Source: a virus
Lineage: Duplodnaviria > Heunggongvirae > Uroviricota > Caudoviricetes
Direction: 5' to 3' (one strand)
Virus record (IMG/VR): IMGVR_UViG_3300046359_000179
Location: 11,944-75,943 of that record
Length of the DNA: 64,000 nt
Shown: piece after piece, positions 27,541-37,322 of the stretch
Layout: each line of letters begins with the position of its first letter
Numbering within the stretch: the stretch's first letter is position 1
Made by a program: the position numbers and the translations under genes
Notes under the pieces: model-generated
What the model saw: only the letters and a program-made list of their open reading frames with translations
What the model was told of the DNA's origin: nothing
Database searches by the model: none

Positions 27541-27803
27541 TTTAAACCTTTCTCTTCATATGCTTGCTTTTTGTTGTCAGTAATTATGTCAGTGCACCGC
27601 TGTTGATCCCATTCGCATTTGTCTGGCATCCCATCAGGGAAAGTGACACTGCAACTTGCGCATACCCATTCACACTCATTTCTGGCAGCTCGCATAGTCC
27701 ATTCACATGTAAATGCATCTATATCCGTAAAAACTTCGTCCCGCTTCGTTGAATCGCAAATGAAAATCCCCAGAATCATAGTTTCCCCAAAGAAATGAAG
27801 CAT
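27537..27803 (-). CDS. hypothetical Cys-rich small protein
   Basis: 88 aa with 10 Cys (CEW..C, CASC). Confidence 0.4.
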   Translation of the reverse strand: MLHFFGETMILGIFICDSTKRDEVFTDIDAFTCEWTMRAARNECEWVCASCSVTFPDGMPDKCEWDQQRCTDIITDNKKQAYEEKGLK

Positions 27804-28687
27804 GCTGCCAAATTTATTTCAGTGTCTGAAACCAATGCGTGCGATTTCAAATATTCGGCAATAGTAACAATTGCCGCTTCCTTATCAGAAATTTTCATTC
27901 GCTCGATATTCGTATACAGGAACGTATAAACATCTTCGTGCTCTTCACGTGTTGCTGATTCGCAGACAAGTTTACGGGCTCGTTTAAAATCCCCCGCGGA
28001 AATTGCATCCAGCAGCCCAAACTTCCAATCTGCAGAGTCCGAAGACATTTGCTGCGGGTTGAGAAGCTTTCCGTTCTGAACATTGCCCTGTAGCAACTGG
28101 ATGATCTTGCGAATATCTGGGTAACCAACATCTACATAAGTTAGTAATGTTTCCGCATCATACTCTACCTGTTCTTTTTCAAGAATTTCAGCAACATGAA
28201 CCGCAACCTTTTCTTTGTCTGGGGCCTTAAAATAAAATTCTTGGAATCGCGATTTCAGGGCCGGAATAACTCTATTCGCATAATTGCATGTTGCAATATA
28301 CCGACATGTTCTAGAAGTCTCTTCAATCAATGCGCGGAGCAATGCCATTGATTCAAGTGAAAGGTAATCAACCTCTTCAAGACGTACAACTTTAAAATCA
28401 CCAAGAGGCATCGACATTGCAAACGAAGTAACTCGATTGCGAAGCGCTTCAATCTTTTCATCAGAACAGTTAATTTTTAAAACATCTGATGAAGCAACGT
28501 TCAGGTCTTTGATAAGGGACAGGGACGTAGAAGTTTTTCCGGTTCCTTGGACTCCGCTTAAAAACAAGTGAGGAATATCTCCTGCAGCAATAAAGCTTTT
28601 AAACTTTTCGCGCTGGCGTTCATCTTGAAAAATGACGTCTTTAATAGACTTTGGACGGTAGCGTTCTACCCAAATAGAAGTTTTCAT
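27776..28687 (-). CDS. clamp loader ATPase (T4 gp44 / RFC small-subunit-like)
   Basis: WVERYRP, Walker A GVQGTGKTS, DEVD-like LEEVD, SRC-like SRF motifs. Confidence 0.7.
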   Translation of the reverse strand: MKTSIWVERYRPKSIKDVIFQDERQREKFKSFIAAGDIPHLFLSGVQGTGKTSTSLSLIKDLNVASSDVLKINCSDEKIEALRNRVTSFAMSMPLGDFKVVRLEEVDYLSLESMALLRALIEETSRTCRYIATCNYANRVIPALKSRFQEFYFKAPDKEKVAVHVAEILEKEQVEYDAETLLTYVDVGYPDIRKIIQLLQGNVQNGKLLNPQQMSSDSADWKFGLLDAISAGDFKRARKLVCESATREEHEDVYTFLYTNIERMKISDKEAAIVTIAEYLKSHALVSDTEINLAACFISLGKL

Positions 28688-28719
28688 AAAATATGTTTGC
28701 TCTAAAAGTAATTTAAAAA

Positions 28720-29826
28720 TTATTCTCGTCGGTAAACTTTTGCAACTGTTGAATAAGTGTCATTAGTAAACTCTATATCAGCATTACTGACATTGATTTC
28801 TTCCATGGAGGTCTTAAAAGGCAATACCTGTTGCCGGGGAATCGGTGCATCTGGGTAAACGATTTGTCCAGCAGCTTGATCGGCATCGTCCAACGATGAT
28901 TTAAAAACTTGCGATTTTAGTGAGCGCATAGTAATTATTTCAGGTTGTTCGGTCTTAGCTTCAGCAGGTTCATTTTCTGCAGGCGGAACTACAGACGGTT
29001 TTTGAGGTTCTTCAACAGGCTCCTTTTCAACTTGTGGTTCAACTTTTATATTGTACTTCCATGGCACAATTGTTGGCTCGACTTTTTTAACTGGTGGTTT
29101 AACAGGGGCTTGGAAAACAGGAAGTTCCTGGACAGCAGGTTCAAGTTCACTCTTCCTACGAGCAATAAGAAAGTTTCCAGCCACAAGTAGAGCAACTGCT
29201 AACGGGTCAAACACGAAAATGATGAACAGAATGACCCATTTTACTGCTTGTTCTGGCGTAGTATTAAATACGCTAGCGACATACATGATTGGGCCAATTT
29301 TTGTGTTTTGACTGATCGCATTTACCTTGAGTTCTGGCAGCTCTTTATCTATGGCTACCAAGCGCTTATTGATAGAAGTAGATTCAACCTTAAATTGGTT
29401 GGTTAGGCGGACTCTGCTCGTCACAGAATTTGCAGGAAGATTCGCAATTTGCGCATCGATTTCCTCTTTGCGTTTCTGTAGGCGATCCTTCTCCTCGGTT
29501 AGGGCATCAATTAGGACCGTTTGCTGGTTGTTTCCAGAGATAGCTTTTTGGAATTCCCCAGAGAGGAATCCAAAAACTCCAGCCGAAGTAATGATCATCA
29601 GGACCAATGTAGCAAATGACATGTAAAACTTCATTTTCAAACTGATTTCTTTCCAGTTTTTGTACAAGAACGTTACACTAGCGACTTTGGCAATATCCAG
29701 AGAAACTGCCATCGCAATTACAATCGGGCTTCCGGCAAAGAGTGCGCTAAGGCCGAGTACGCTAATCCAAGTTCCTAACCCCTCAAGTAAAAATGCAGAC
29801 AACATTACAAATGCAATAAACAGCAT
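28720..29826 (-). CDS. membrane protein with Pro/Glu-rich C-terminal region
   Basis: Multiple TM helices; PVKPPVKKVEP repeats. Confidence 0.5.
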   Translation of the reverse strand: MLFIAFVMLSAFLLEGLGTWISVLGLSALFAGSPIVIAMAVSLDIAKVASVTFLYKNWKEISLKMKFYMSFATLVLMIITSAGVFGFLSGEFQKAISGNNQQTVLIDALTEEKDRLQKRKEEIDAQIANLPANSVTSRVRLTNQFKVESTSINKRLVAIDKELPELKVNAISQNTKIGPIMYVASVFNTTPEQAVKWVILFIIFVFDPLAVALLVAGNFLIARRKSELEPAVQELPVFQAPVKPPVKKVEPTIVPWKYNIKVEPQVEKEPVEEPQKPSVVPPAENEPAEAKTEQPEIITMRSLKSQVFKSSLDDADQAAGQIVYPDAPIPRQQVLPFKTSMEEINVSNADIEFTNDTYSTVAKVYRRE

Positions 29827-29851
29827 CGGCGCACCCTCTTTCTATCATCGT

Positions 29852-30175
29852 TTAAAAAGCGTATGTTACTGACTCATCTAAACCGATTGCAATAACTTTT
29901 GAATCATCAGATTTCCAATAACCTTTATCTTCAAATTTATGTTCCACTGTCCACTGTAGGGATTCAATGAGGACCAGATCGCCTTCGGAGAAATCTTCCA
30001 CTTTATCTCCTACAGCGATTACTTTCCCCCATCGGGCAGAATTGCCTTGTTGCGAAACATCTTGATTGGTTAGAATGATTGTACTACGATTTTTCTCAAT
30101 AAACCGTCCACCTACAGTCTCATTTACAAAAGAGAATAGAAAGGAGCGTCCTAGAGGTTTAAGTTTTGAAGTCAT
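29852..30175 (-). CDS. GroES-like co-chaperonin (gp31-like)
   Basis: LKPLG..., GKVIAVGDKV, EGDLVLIE pattern. Confidence 0.35.
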   Translation of the reverse strand: MTSKLKPLGRSFLFSFVNETVGGRFIEKNRSTIILTNQDVSQQGNSARWGKVIAVGDKVEDFSEGDLVLIESLQWTVEHKFEDKGYWKSDDSKVIAIGLDESVTYAF

Positions 30176-30432
30176 TTTTTTGCTTTAGCTGATGTTTTAG
30201 CTGATTCTGAAGCCATAGATAGTGCTGCTGGAAGCACAGTAGTTTTTGATTTGGCCCCGTCTTTTTCATCGATGAATTTCCGACGATCGTTTACGCTAAC
30301 AGGCGTTGGTGTCGACATGAGCTGCTGTTTAATTGCAAGCATATCAAAGTCCACCATTGTGCCTCGTGCGCTTCGTGTTTTTGATGACATTTTAATTTCC
30401 TCCTAAGGTATAAAGATCTATTTATCACTAAT

Positions 30433-30963
30433 TTAATCGTGAAAAAACTCAAGATGCGAGATGTCGTATTTCACTGGGTCAATACAGTGAACGCCAATTA
30501 AGAACATTATTAGGGAAGCGCATGAAGATCCCCGGCCAACTCCATACACTACCCCATTAGATTTAAAGTAATCAATAACATACATTAGCGTTTTGACCAG
30601 GCTGTCAAGATTGCGCGCTTTGATCTCCTGAAGTTCTATTTCGAGGCGCTCCTGATATTTTTGGAAATTTGCAACATATTCAAACTTTTCTGAAAGCAGA
30701 TTGTGAAGCGTTGTTGAAATTTCCAAATTGAAAAATCGACTTGGAATCTTCCAACTAAAATCTGGAGAAAAGTCAATATCTACTTCTCCGCATTTTATCG
30801 AAACATCAGCAAGTCGATTGTACTCAAGAACGTCATCGTCACATTCAAAGGCTGCAATTTTTTCAATTGGAACTCCCTGAATGAGCAGATCGACAATTTT
30901 ATCAGACGAAACTTGACAGGTCCCATCATAAAATAGGATCCTGTCTTCAAGAACTGTTTTCAA
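30433..30963 (-). CDS. hypothetical protein
   Basis: 176-aa ORF. Confidence 0.45.
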   Translation of the reverse strand: MKTVLEDRILFYDGTCQVSSDKIVDLLIQGVPIEKIAAFECDDDVLEYNRLADVSIKCGEVDIDFSPDFSWKIPSRFFNLEISTTLHNLLSEKFEYVANFQKYQERLEIELQEIKARNLDSLVKTLMYVIDYFKSNGVVYGVGRGSSCASLIMFLIGVHCIDPVKYDISHLEFFHD

Positions 30964-31544
30964 TTTGCCGCTTTGGTAATCATTTGAACTGCGTGAGCTG
31001 AAAGCTTTCGCAGTACTGTATCCTGAACATTGGTATAAGGCTGCTCAACAAAAAACTGCACTTGACCCCATTGCCCGGTTTCCAGAAACTTTGCAGCAGA
31101 TTCAATGTGAGCGGAATTCGTCGGATCGAAAAATTCACGAGAAATTACAAAACGACGGAGAATGTTAGAAGTCATCAACATATTTTTGGTCCTATTGAAA
31201 AGATTGTGTTCTACGAACTTAAGGTTTTTTGGTAGCTTGTTCAACAGCATTGAACTTTTCGCTAAATTCGCTTTTTCGTTCAGTTTCTGTCATTTCAGGC
31301 TTACGATTTCGATCAGTGATTTCTGCAGTAGATTTCTCAAAAACTGGGTTACTAAGACCTTGCGACTTGCCTTTCGGCAAGTAACTCGGGGTGATAGCGT
31401 TCAGCAAAATAAGCGTTGTAAAACAGGTAACTAAAAGAAACATGCTTTTCCCGATGGTCAACTTCTTTTTACTATGCAGAACGTATGCACTGATTATAAA
31501 CAAAATCAGCACAATAATCGGCAGGAAGTTAAAAAATAATACCA

Positions 31545-32444
31545 TTATTTTGAATTCGCAGTCGGCATAGTCATCAACACATTGGCCGCCTTATCACCAC
31601 CCATAACAGTTTGTGGCAGAGCGCCATCCCATTTTTCAATCCATGCACGCTCATTTTCCAGTTGGCGAAGTTTCAAAACTTTGTCATCAACCACGGCCCG
31701 CTGAATTTCCTGACTCTTAGCTTCAATTTGAGCTTTCTCCAGTTCAATTTGTCGACGTAGACGGGTTTCTTGAAGTTCGCGTTCCAATGTCACTTTCGAA
31801 ATTTGCAATTGAGCTTCTTCTTGTTGAATACGTTCACGACGCTCAGCAGCATTTTCTTGTGCCTCAGTGATAATTTCGGGGTACTTGATCGAAGTGATAC
31901 CAGCGTAGCGCACTGTGAAAGGGGTTCGTTCTTGAATACGTTTGGACAGAGCTTCACGCAAGTCGCCGTTTACCTTTTCAAGGCTACCTGCGATTTCTGC
32001 AATGCTGTACTTTGACAAGTATTCACGAGTCTCGGTCAAGACGATTTGCTTGGCATAGGTGCTATAAATGAAGTCCCAAGGAATCAAACCGACTTCACCG
32101 TCAGATTGCGTTGGCGGGATAGTAGAAAACAACGATTCTGCTTTACGCGGGTCAATAGACAGCGTCACCTGCATGACAACGTCCAAATTCAACTTATCTT
32201 CTGGGATGAAGATAGTCAAAGACTCTTGCTTAGCCTTATCAGAAGCATCCATCAAGACCAGCTTGTCACAGTACCAAATACAGAATGGCAGGCGAAATTT
32301 ACTAGTCGGGATTGTATTTTCCTGGTAGCCATCCTTGGTCATGATCTTACCCACGTGAGCAGGAGGAACTTCGACTCGCTGGCCACAGGCAGCAAGGATC
32401 ATGACAGAGGTAGCAATAATAGAAGTTTTAAAAATAGATTTCAT
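31545..32444 (-). CDS. lipoprotein with SPFH/band-7 domain and C-terminal coiled coil
   Basis: Lipobox ILAAC; SPFH-like core; heptad-rich ERRERIQQEEAQLQ tail. Confidence 0.45.
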   Translation of the reverse strand: MKSIFKTSIIATSVMILAACGQRVEVPPAHVGKIMTKDGYQENTIPTSKFRLPFCIWYCDKLVLMDASDKAKQESLTIFIPEDKLNLDVVMQVTLSIDPRKAESLFSTIPPTQSDGEVGLIPWDFIYSTYAKQIVLTETREYLSKYSIAEIAGSLEKVNGDLREALSKRIQERTPFTVRYAGITSIKYPEIITEAQENAAERRERIQQEEAQLQISKVTLERELQETRLRRQIELEKAQIEAKSQEIQRAVVDDKVLKLRQLENERAWIEKWDGALPQTVMGGDKAANVLMTMPTANSK

Positions 32445-32704
32445 CGGAAGATCCTAAAAGTTGTGGTGAGCGAATTATACCACAATTTTGCTTAGTGGTG
32501 GCAATTTTTGCCAGACGGATGATACCGCTCTAGAACCTGATGCCATGCCGCCACGGGAGCCTGCTACTGCAGAACTCCTTGAAGATGCAACGTTGCTTAC
32601 TTCAGAAGCTTATTTGCCCAATCATTTCGGGGCTTAACAGCAATTCTTTTCATTAAAAGCAGGCCTTAATTAAATTATAAATAAAATTTTATAGGAGTGA
32701 GATT

Positions 32705-33271
32705 ATGAAAATACAGGAAATTTTTGATACTAACGTAGATGTCGAATGGCAGCAAAATGGTAGATTTGAACTAGCATCATTTGTTTATGGTGAAACTTAT
32801 GTAATCCAGATCGAGAAAAAGAAAATACCCAAACTAACGGAATTAAATGGTGCGAAACTGGCTGAAGCTTCATTTTACCGGACCGGAATTGAAGGGGAAA
32901 ACGCTTCGTTCACGACGACTAAGCAAGCAATTGACGTTCCGGTCCGAATTTACGGTGTAGTTTTAAATGCGGTTTCTGAAAAAATTGACGAATATGATGC
33001 GTTTATTTTTACTGCTGAAACAAAGCATTGTAGAACGGCTGAAGAGTTTTCATCAAAAAGGGATATTTATTCTGCAATCGCTGATAGAATAACTAAACGA
33101 ATGCACAACATTTTTTATTATGAACGCTTAACTGAAAATTCAGCGGAGTTTTTAATTACAAAAATTAAGCTATCGGAAGAAACTCAGGATAAAACAAATT
33201 TTAAAAACCCAAGGGCTGAAGCCATAAAAGCATTGAATTTGAAACCTACGGTATTACGTCCTAAATCTTGA
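32705..33271 (+). CDS. hypothetical protein, paralog family B (tandem copy 1)
   Basis: MKIQEIFDT...; 4-nt overlap with the next copy. Confidence 0.6.
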   Translation: MKIQEIFDTNVDVEWQQNGRFELASFVYGETYVIQIEKKKIPKLTELNGAKLAEASFYRTGIEGENASFTTTKQAIDVPVRIYGVVLNAVSEKIDEYDAFIFTAETKHCRTAEEFSSKRDIYSAIADRITKRMHNIFYYERLTENSAEFLITKIKLSEETQDKTNFKNPRAEAIKALNLKPTVLRPKS

Positions 33272-33825
33272 AAATACAAGAAATCTTTGATACGTCTGCG
33301 GATATAGTTTGGCAGCAAAACGGTAGATTTGAACTAGCATCATTTGTGTGCGGTGAAAAATATGTTATTCAGATTGATAGAAAAAATCTAAATCAGTTCC
33401 CAGAATTAAAGCGTTCAAGGGTCGCAGAAATTTCGTTTTTTCGCTATGATGTTGATGATTCTGACGCAGCGCATACTACTGCACGGCAAGACTTAGATGT
33501 GCCCGTTAAAGTTTACGGAATAGTTTTAAATGCTCTATTAAAAAAGATGGAAGAATACGACGCATTCTTTTTCTCCGCGGAAACCAAACATTCGCCAACA
33601 TTAGAAGAATACAAGTCTAAGAAATCAATTTATTTCTGGATTGCCGACCGCGTTTCTAAAAAATTATCAGGCGTAACACTTTATGAATACGAATGCAATG
33701 TTAGCGCACAATTCTTAATAAGCAAAATCAAACTTGCCAAAGAAACACAAAACGCGACCGGCTTTAAAAATGCACTTGCAGAAGCTTTAGCTGCTACCAC
33801 ATTCACTTTTGCAAGCGCCAAATAA
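33268..33825 (+). CDS. hypothetical protein, paralog family B (tandem copy 2)
   Basis: MKIQEIFDT...; roughly 50% identical to copy 1 by eye. Confidence 0.6.
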   Translation: MKIQEIFDTSADIVWQQNGRFELASFVCGEKYVIQIDRKNLNQFPELKRSRVAEISFFRYDVDDSDAAHTTARQDLDVPVKVYGIVLNALLKKMEEYDAFFFSAETKHSPTLEEYKSKKSIYFWIADRVSKKLSGVTLYEYECNVSAQFLISKIKLAKETQNATGFKNALAEALAATTFTFASAK

Positions 33826-33827
33826 TT

Positions 33828-34631
33828 TCAAATTGATAGAAAGGGTATAGGAAACATCGAAGTGAGTCGCAAAGCCGAACAATCTGGAAGATACCCAATA
33901 TCAAGTTCTGAAATTACTGAACGCTTAATAATCGGTGCATGATCCGGCCGATGCTTCTCTGGTATTTTAGAAAGTTGTTCCCGAGAAAGTCTCGAAATAA
34001 CATGTTGCCGTTTTACAAACGTGCCAGATTTAAAATGTAACGGTTCTAAATGCCATGGTTTCCCAATTTCCTGAAGCATGCGTTTTTTCTCTTCGCTGCA
34101 AACACCGTGAAGCTGCTTACTTGAAAAGTGCGCTTGCGCTGCCATAGAAATGCTGTTCTTAATAGCGTCATTCTGTCGCCACAGGAAGTTTAGATATACA
34201 TCTTTTGGCACGACATTCCAAACGCGCGCATCAAAAACGGGAATAGCATCAGCTTTTTCCGGAATGCGTTTACCCAATTCCTTTGCAAAATATGCGCTCG
34301 CCATTCCAGCCATCACAGAACAAAGCTTTTGGTACTTTCCATCGTACCAGTATTGGCGAGTTTCAGTTTGGTCGTTAAACCAATACAAACTGATTTCATC
34401 TGACTGTGTATATCCAAGTTCAGCATTTGTCTTTTCAACCAAATATTTGGTCGTATCAATCATAAGTCGGCTAAGGCGCAAATCATATGGTCGCTTCAAG
34501 CCTTTGGTAAATGTGTGAAACGCTTTGCCATCAAGGCGACACATCAACGGAAGCGTGGCATCACATTTTCTACCGGCTTCTGCCTGTTCATCAGATTTCA
34601 AACGATCACCAAGTTTATCTTCTTTGTTCAT
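33828..34631 (-). CDS. Thg1-like protein (tRNA-His guanylyltransferase family 3'-5' nucleotidyltransferase, TLP)
   Basis: RLDGKAFHTF (D29-region) and YTQSDEISLY (catalytic SDE) motifs characteristic of Thg1/TLP. Confidence 0.65.
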   Translation of the reverse strand: MNKEDKLGDRLKSDEQAEAGRKCDATLPLMCRLDGKAFHTFTKGLKRPYDLRLSRLMIDTTKYLVEKTNAELGYTQSDEISLYWFNDQTETRQYWYDGKYQKLCSVMAGMASAYFAKELGKRIPEKADAIPVFDARVWNVVPKDVYLNFLWRQNDAIKNSISMAAQAHFSSKQLHGVCSEEKKRMLQEIGKPWHLEPLHFKSGTFVKRQHVISRLSREQLSKIPEKHRPDHAPIIKRSVISELDIGYLPDCSALRLTSMFPIPFLSI

Positions 34632-35002
34632 AGTAGGATGAAAATAATTAAAACGTAAGTTAGGGAATGTAGAAACTGATCAAAGCCTAATAGGACCCAG
34701 AACTGTTCGTGGGTTGTAGGTTCATATCCGAGCTTTTTATTGAGATTCATTTTTGCCCAATCAATATGGTAATGAATAAATCCATCTAAAAGCCCCAACA
34801 TAATCGCCATTGGCAAATTAGCAAACCAAATTAAAACAAGATAAGTTCCCCAAGCATGTAAACCAGAATGAATCAACCCGCCAGGATGCCCGTAGGTCCC
34901 CTTGTTTTTGTACTGGTACGGGAATGCCTGCAATGGGAAATCCACAATAAAATGTTTTGAAAATAGTAAAACTAAAACTACTAAAATTTGTTCAGGTGTC
35001 AT
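34628..35002 (-). CDS. small multi-pass membrane protein (DUF3307-like?)
   Basis: 3-4 TM helices; translationally coupled (4-nt overlap) to the Thg1-like gene. Confidence 0.4.
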   Translation of the reverse strand: MTPEQILVVLVLLFSKHFIVDFPLQAFPYQYKNKGTYGHPGGLIHSGLHAWGTYLVLIWFANLPMAIMLGLLDGFIHYHIDWAKMNLNKKLGYEPTTHEQFWVLLGFDQFLHSLTYVLIIFILL

Positions 35003-35072
35003 ATTTCAAAATATTCAGTATTGATGCAGAATTTTTGACATCTCTTCAAAAACCTCATGGCTTACTAGCATT

Positions 35073-35525
35073 TTACTTCCAGTCTAGATCAAGCGGTTCA
35101 GTGTATTCCTGGCCCAGAAGGATCGGGAATGTTATGGGAGGCAAGTTAATCTCATCTCCAGTGAAATTATAACACAGAGAAACATGCGGATGGTAAACCG
35201 GGTAGTCGTAAGTCGCAGAATGTTTTGCCATGAGCTGCAAATGGCGTGCGACAAGTAGCGGGCAGTGAAGTAGTGCAACTAAAGTTTTTGTGCCGTCTTC
35301 GTTAGGGAAGATGGTGAAGTCTTTAAACTCGGCCTCGAACACTGTATCGGGTTCGGCTATGATGTCGTGTTTCTTACGACTATAGATGACTGTAGTATGC
35401 AAAGTGGATGGGCACTCTTCGATGCCAACATCTTTTGCATATGCAAGCAGTTTCTTCTCGGTTTCCGGGAGAACGTACAACCCGACATACGTTCCTTCCG
35501 TATGATAAAGATCTTGTAATTTCAT
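35073..35525 (-). CDS. 2H phosphoesterase (LigT/CPDase-like)
   Basis: Two H-x-T/S-x motifs: HTTV and HVSL, ~80 residues apart in a 150-aa protein. Confidence 0.55.
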   Translation of the reverse strand: MKLQDLYHTEGTYVGLYVLPETEKKLLAYAKDVGIEECPSTLHTTVIYSRKKHDIIAEPDTVFEAEFKDFTIFPNEDGTKTLVALLHCPLLVARHLQLMAKHSATYDYPVYHPHVSLCYNFTGDEINLPPITFPILLGQEYTEPLDLDWK

Positions 35526-35536
35526 TTGCTATTTTC

Positions 35537-36061
35537 CTATTTTAGGTTTTGGTATGTAACATAGATGCCTGGTTGGTCGCCAATTATTTTCCTGCGTTTT
35601 GTCCAATCATCTATGTTTTTTAGCGATTTTAATTGATAGCCCCAAATGTAATCTGCACCAGCAATCGTAACCGAATAATCTTTCAGTTTTCTACCAATTC
35701 CAGAATTTTTATAATCTGGGTGCACAAACAGCCCTATCCCCTCAATGCCGCGTTTTCCTTGAATATCTTTGGCGTATAAGTCAAGATCCGTTGCTGCATC
35801 TTGCGGCATATCCTGTCTTGACAGGAAATACGCCCCAACAACTTTATCCCCATCTTTGACAATTTTTGATATGCGGGGATCAAATACTGAGAGGATTTCC
35901 CTTGCATAATCCCTATCATTATTAACGTGCGGTGCAAATGTTTCGGTTCCTAAATCCAATGCGCCGGCCACATCTTTTTTGTTTGTCGCATCCACGAACG
36001 TGAATTGGAGATGTTCGTTTATTTTTGTAATTCTATATGAATACAATTCCTTAAGTATCAT
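35537..36061 (-). CDS. GNAT family N-acetyltransferase
   Basis: VVGAYFL...GKRGIEGIGLFVHPDYKNSGIGRKL (motif A). Start moved to MILKELY to abut the upstream gene. Confidence 0.5.
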   Translation of the reverse strand: MILKELYSYRITKINEHLQFTFVDATNKKDVAGALDLGTETFAPHVNNDRDYAREILSVFDPRISKIVKDGDKVVGAYFLSRQDMPQDAATDLDLYAKDIQGKRGIEGIGLFVHPDYKNSGIGRKLKDYSVTIAGADYIWGYQLKSLKNIDDWTKRRKIIGDQPGIYVTYQNLK

Positions 36062-36062
36062 T

Positions 36063-36569
36063 TTATTCCTTGGGCTTCTGTGAACTAGCGGGGATATCGG
36101 AATAGCCTTCGCTTCCAACGTATTTATTCCGTTCATAGGCGTCATATTCATGCTGACCTTCAACCCAAGGTCGAGAACCAACTGCAGAATCATCTGAAGC
36201 ATGTGCACCATACTTTGCCATTATAAGCTTTGAGAACCCGTCAATCGATGCAACATAGGAAAGATAGATTGCGAAAATATCCCAAGTCAGTTGACCCTGC
36301 AATGTTAACTTGATCACAATGAACGTGCCAACAATCCCGCCAATCAATTGTAACACTTTTGTGGCAGAAACTTTAGTTCCGTCACGCGTAATCATGTCCA
36401 TCCAATCAAATCGTCTTGCTTGCTGTGCACGATAGACCGCAATCATGAATACGCTAAAAATCAGCACGATGACTGCTGCGTAAATATTAAACGTGAACCC
36501 GAATAAAGTGACCATAGAATCCTGCTGTAACTGTGTTGCGGCTATAACTTCCGCAGGTAAATCGTCCAT
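36063..36569 (-). CDS. membrane protein (2 TM helices)
   Basis: Hydrophobic segments VIVLIFSVFMIAV and IGGIVGTFIVI. Confidence 0.45.
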   Translation of the reverse strand: MDDLPAEVIAATQLQQDSMVTLFGFTFNIYAAVIVLIFSVFMIAVYRAQQARRFDWMDMITRDGTKVSATKVLQLIGGIVGTFIVIKLTLQGQLTWDIFAIYLSYVASIDGFSKLIMAKYGAHASDDSAVGSRPWVEGQHEYDAYERNKYVGSEGYSDIPASSQKPKE

Positions 36570-36665
36570 ATCAGACTCCGTTATTTGTTATTAGATGTGA
36601 GTATTTATTCGCGCGGTTCAAAAAATGTAAATACGTAAAAATTCTCAACACTATAGGAACATAAA

Positions 36666-37322
36666 ATGCTTGAAACTATTTGCGATGTTATGCTTGAAGC
36701 TTACAAAAGAAACTGGATTACTTCGCGTGATGGGAATGTCAGTATTCGCCATCATGATAGAGATCACTTTTACATTACTCCTAGTGGAATCCGTAAACAA
36801 ACTTTGCAGCCAGATCAATTTAAAAAGATTGGCATCACAAGACACCTTAAGTCAGGTACAGGCAAACTAGAGTTTGCCTATGGGTGGGAAGATTTGCCGT
36901 ATACAGATATCAGCAAGAATTTGAAACCAAGTGGAGAACTTCCGCTCCACTTGGGGCTGCAGAAAGAAATGGGTCAACATGTGAATGATGTTAGAGTCGT
37001 CGTCCATGTTCACCCTACTTACTGTATTGCTGCAATGCATGCAGGAATAGATTTAAGTACTATTAGTAAAAACTTCCCCGAGCTCAACAGGTATACTAAG
37101 GTTGCGCCTAATGTTGGAGAGGTCGCTCCCATTTCTGAAGAGTTAGGAACGCAATGCTGTGATAATCTTGGGGTGGATGCGCAGGGTAACATCAAATTTG
37201 ATATTGTGGGCATTAAGGGCCATGGAGTGGTCGCGATTGATACTTCGCCATGGCGCGCATTTGAGCACATAGAGCGAGTTGAACATATTTGTAAAATTGT
37301 TCTTGCGAGTGGCGTCAAGTAG
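36666..37322 (+). CDS. class II aldolase/adducin-family protein
   Basis: DGNVSIR, FYITPSG, VVHVHPTYCIA, GHGVVAIDTS blocks; only plus-strand gene in this region. Confidence 0.6.
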   Translation: MLETICDVMLEAYKRNWITSRDGNVSIRHHDRDHFYITPSGIRKQTLQPDQFKKIGITRHLKSGTGKLEFAYGWEDLPYTDISKNLKPSGELPLHLGLQKEMGQHVNDVRVVVHVHPTYCIAAMHAGIDLSTISKNFPELNRYTKVAPNVGEVAPISEELGTQCCDNLGVDAQGNIKFDIVGIKGHGVVAIDTSPWRAFEHIERVEHICKIVLASGVK

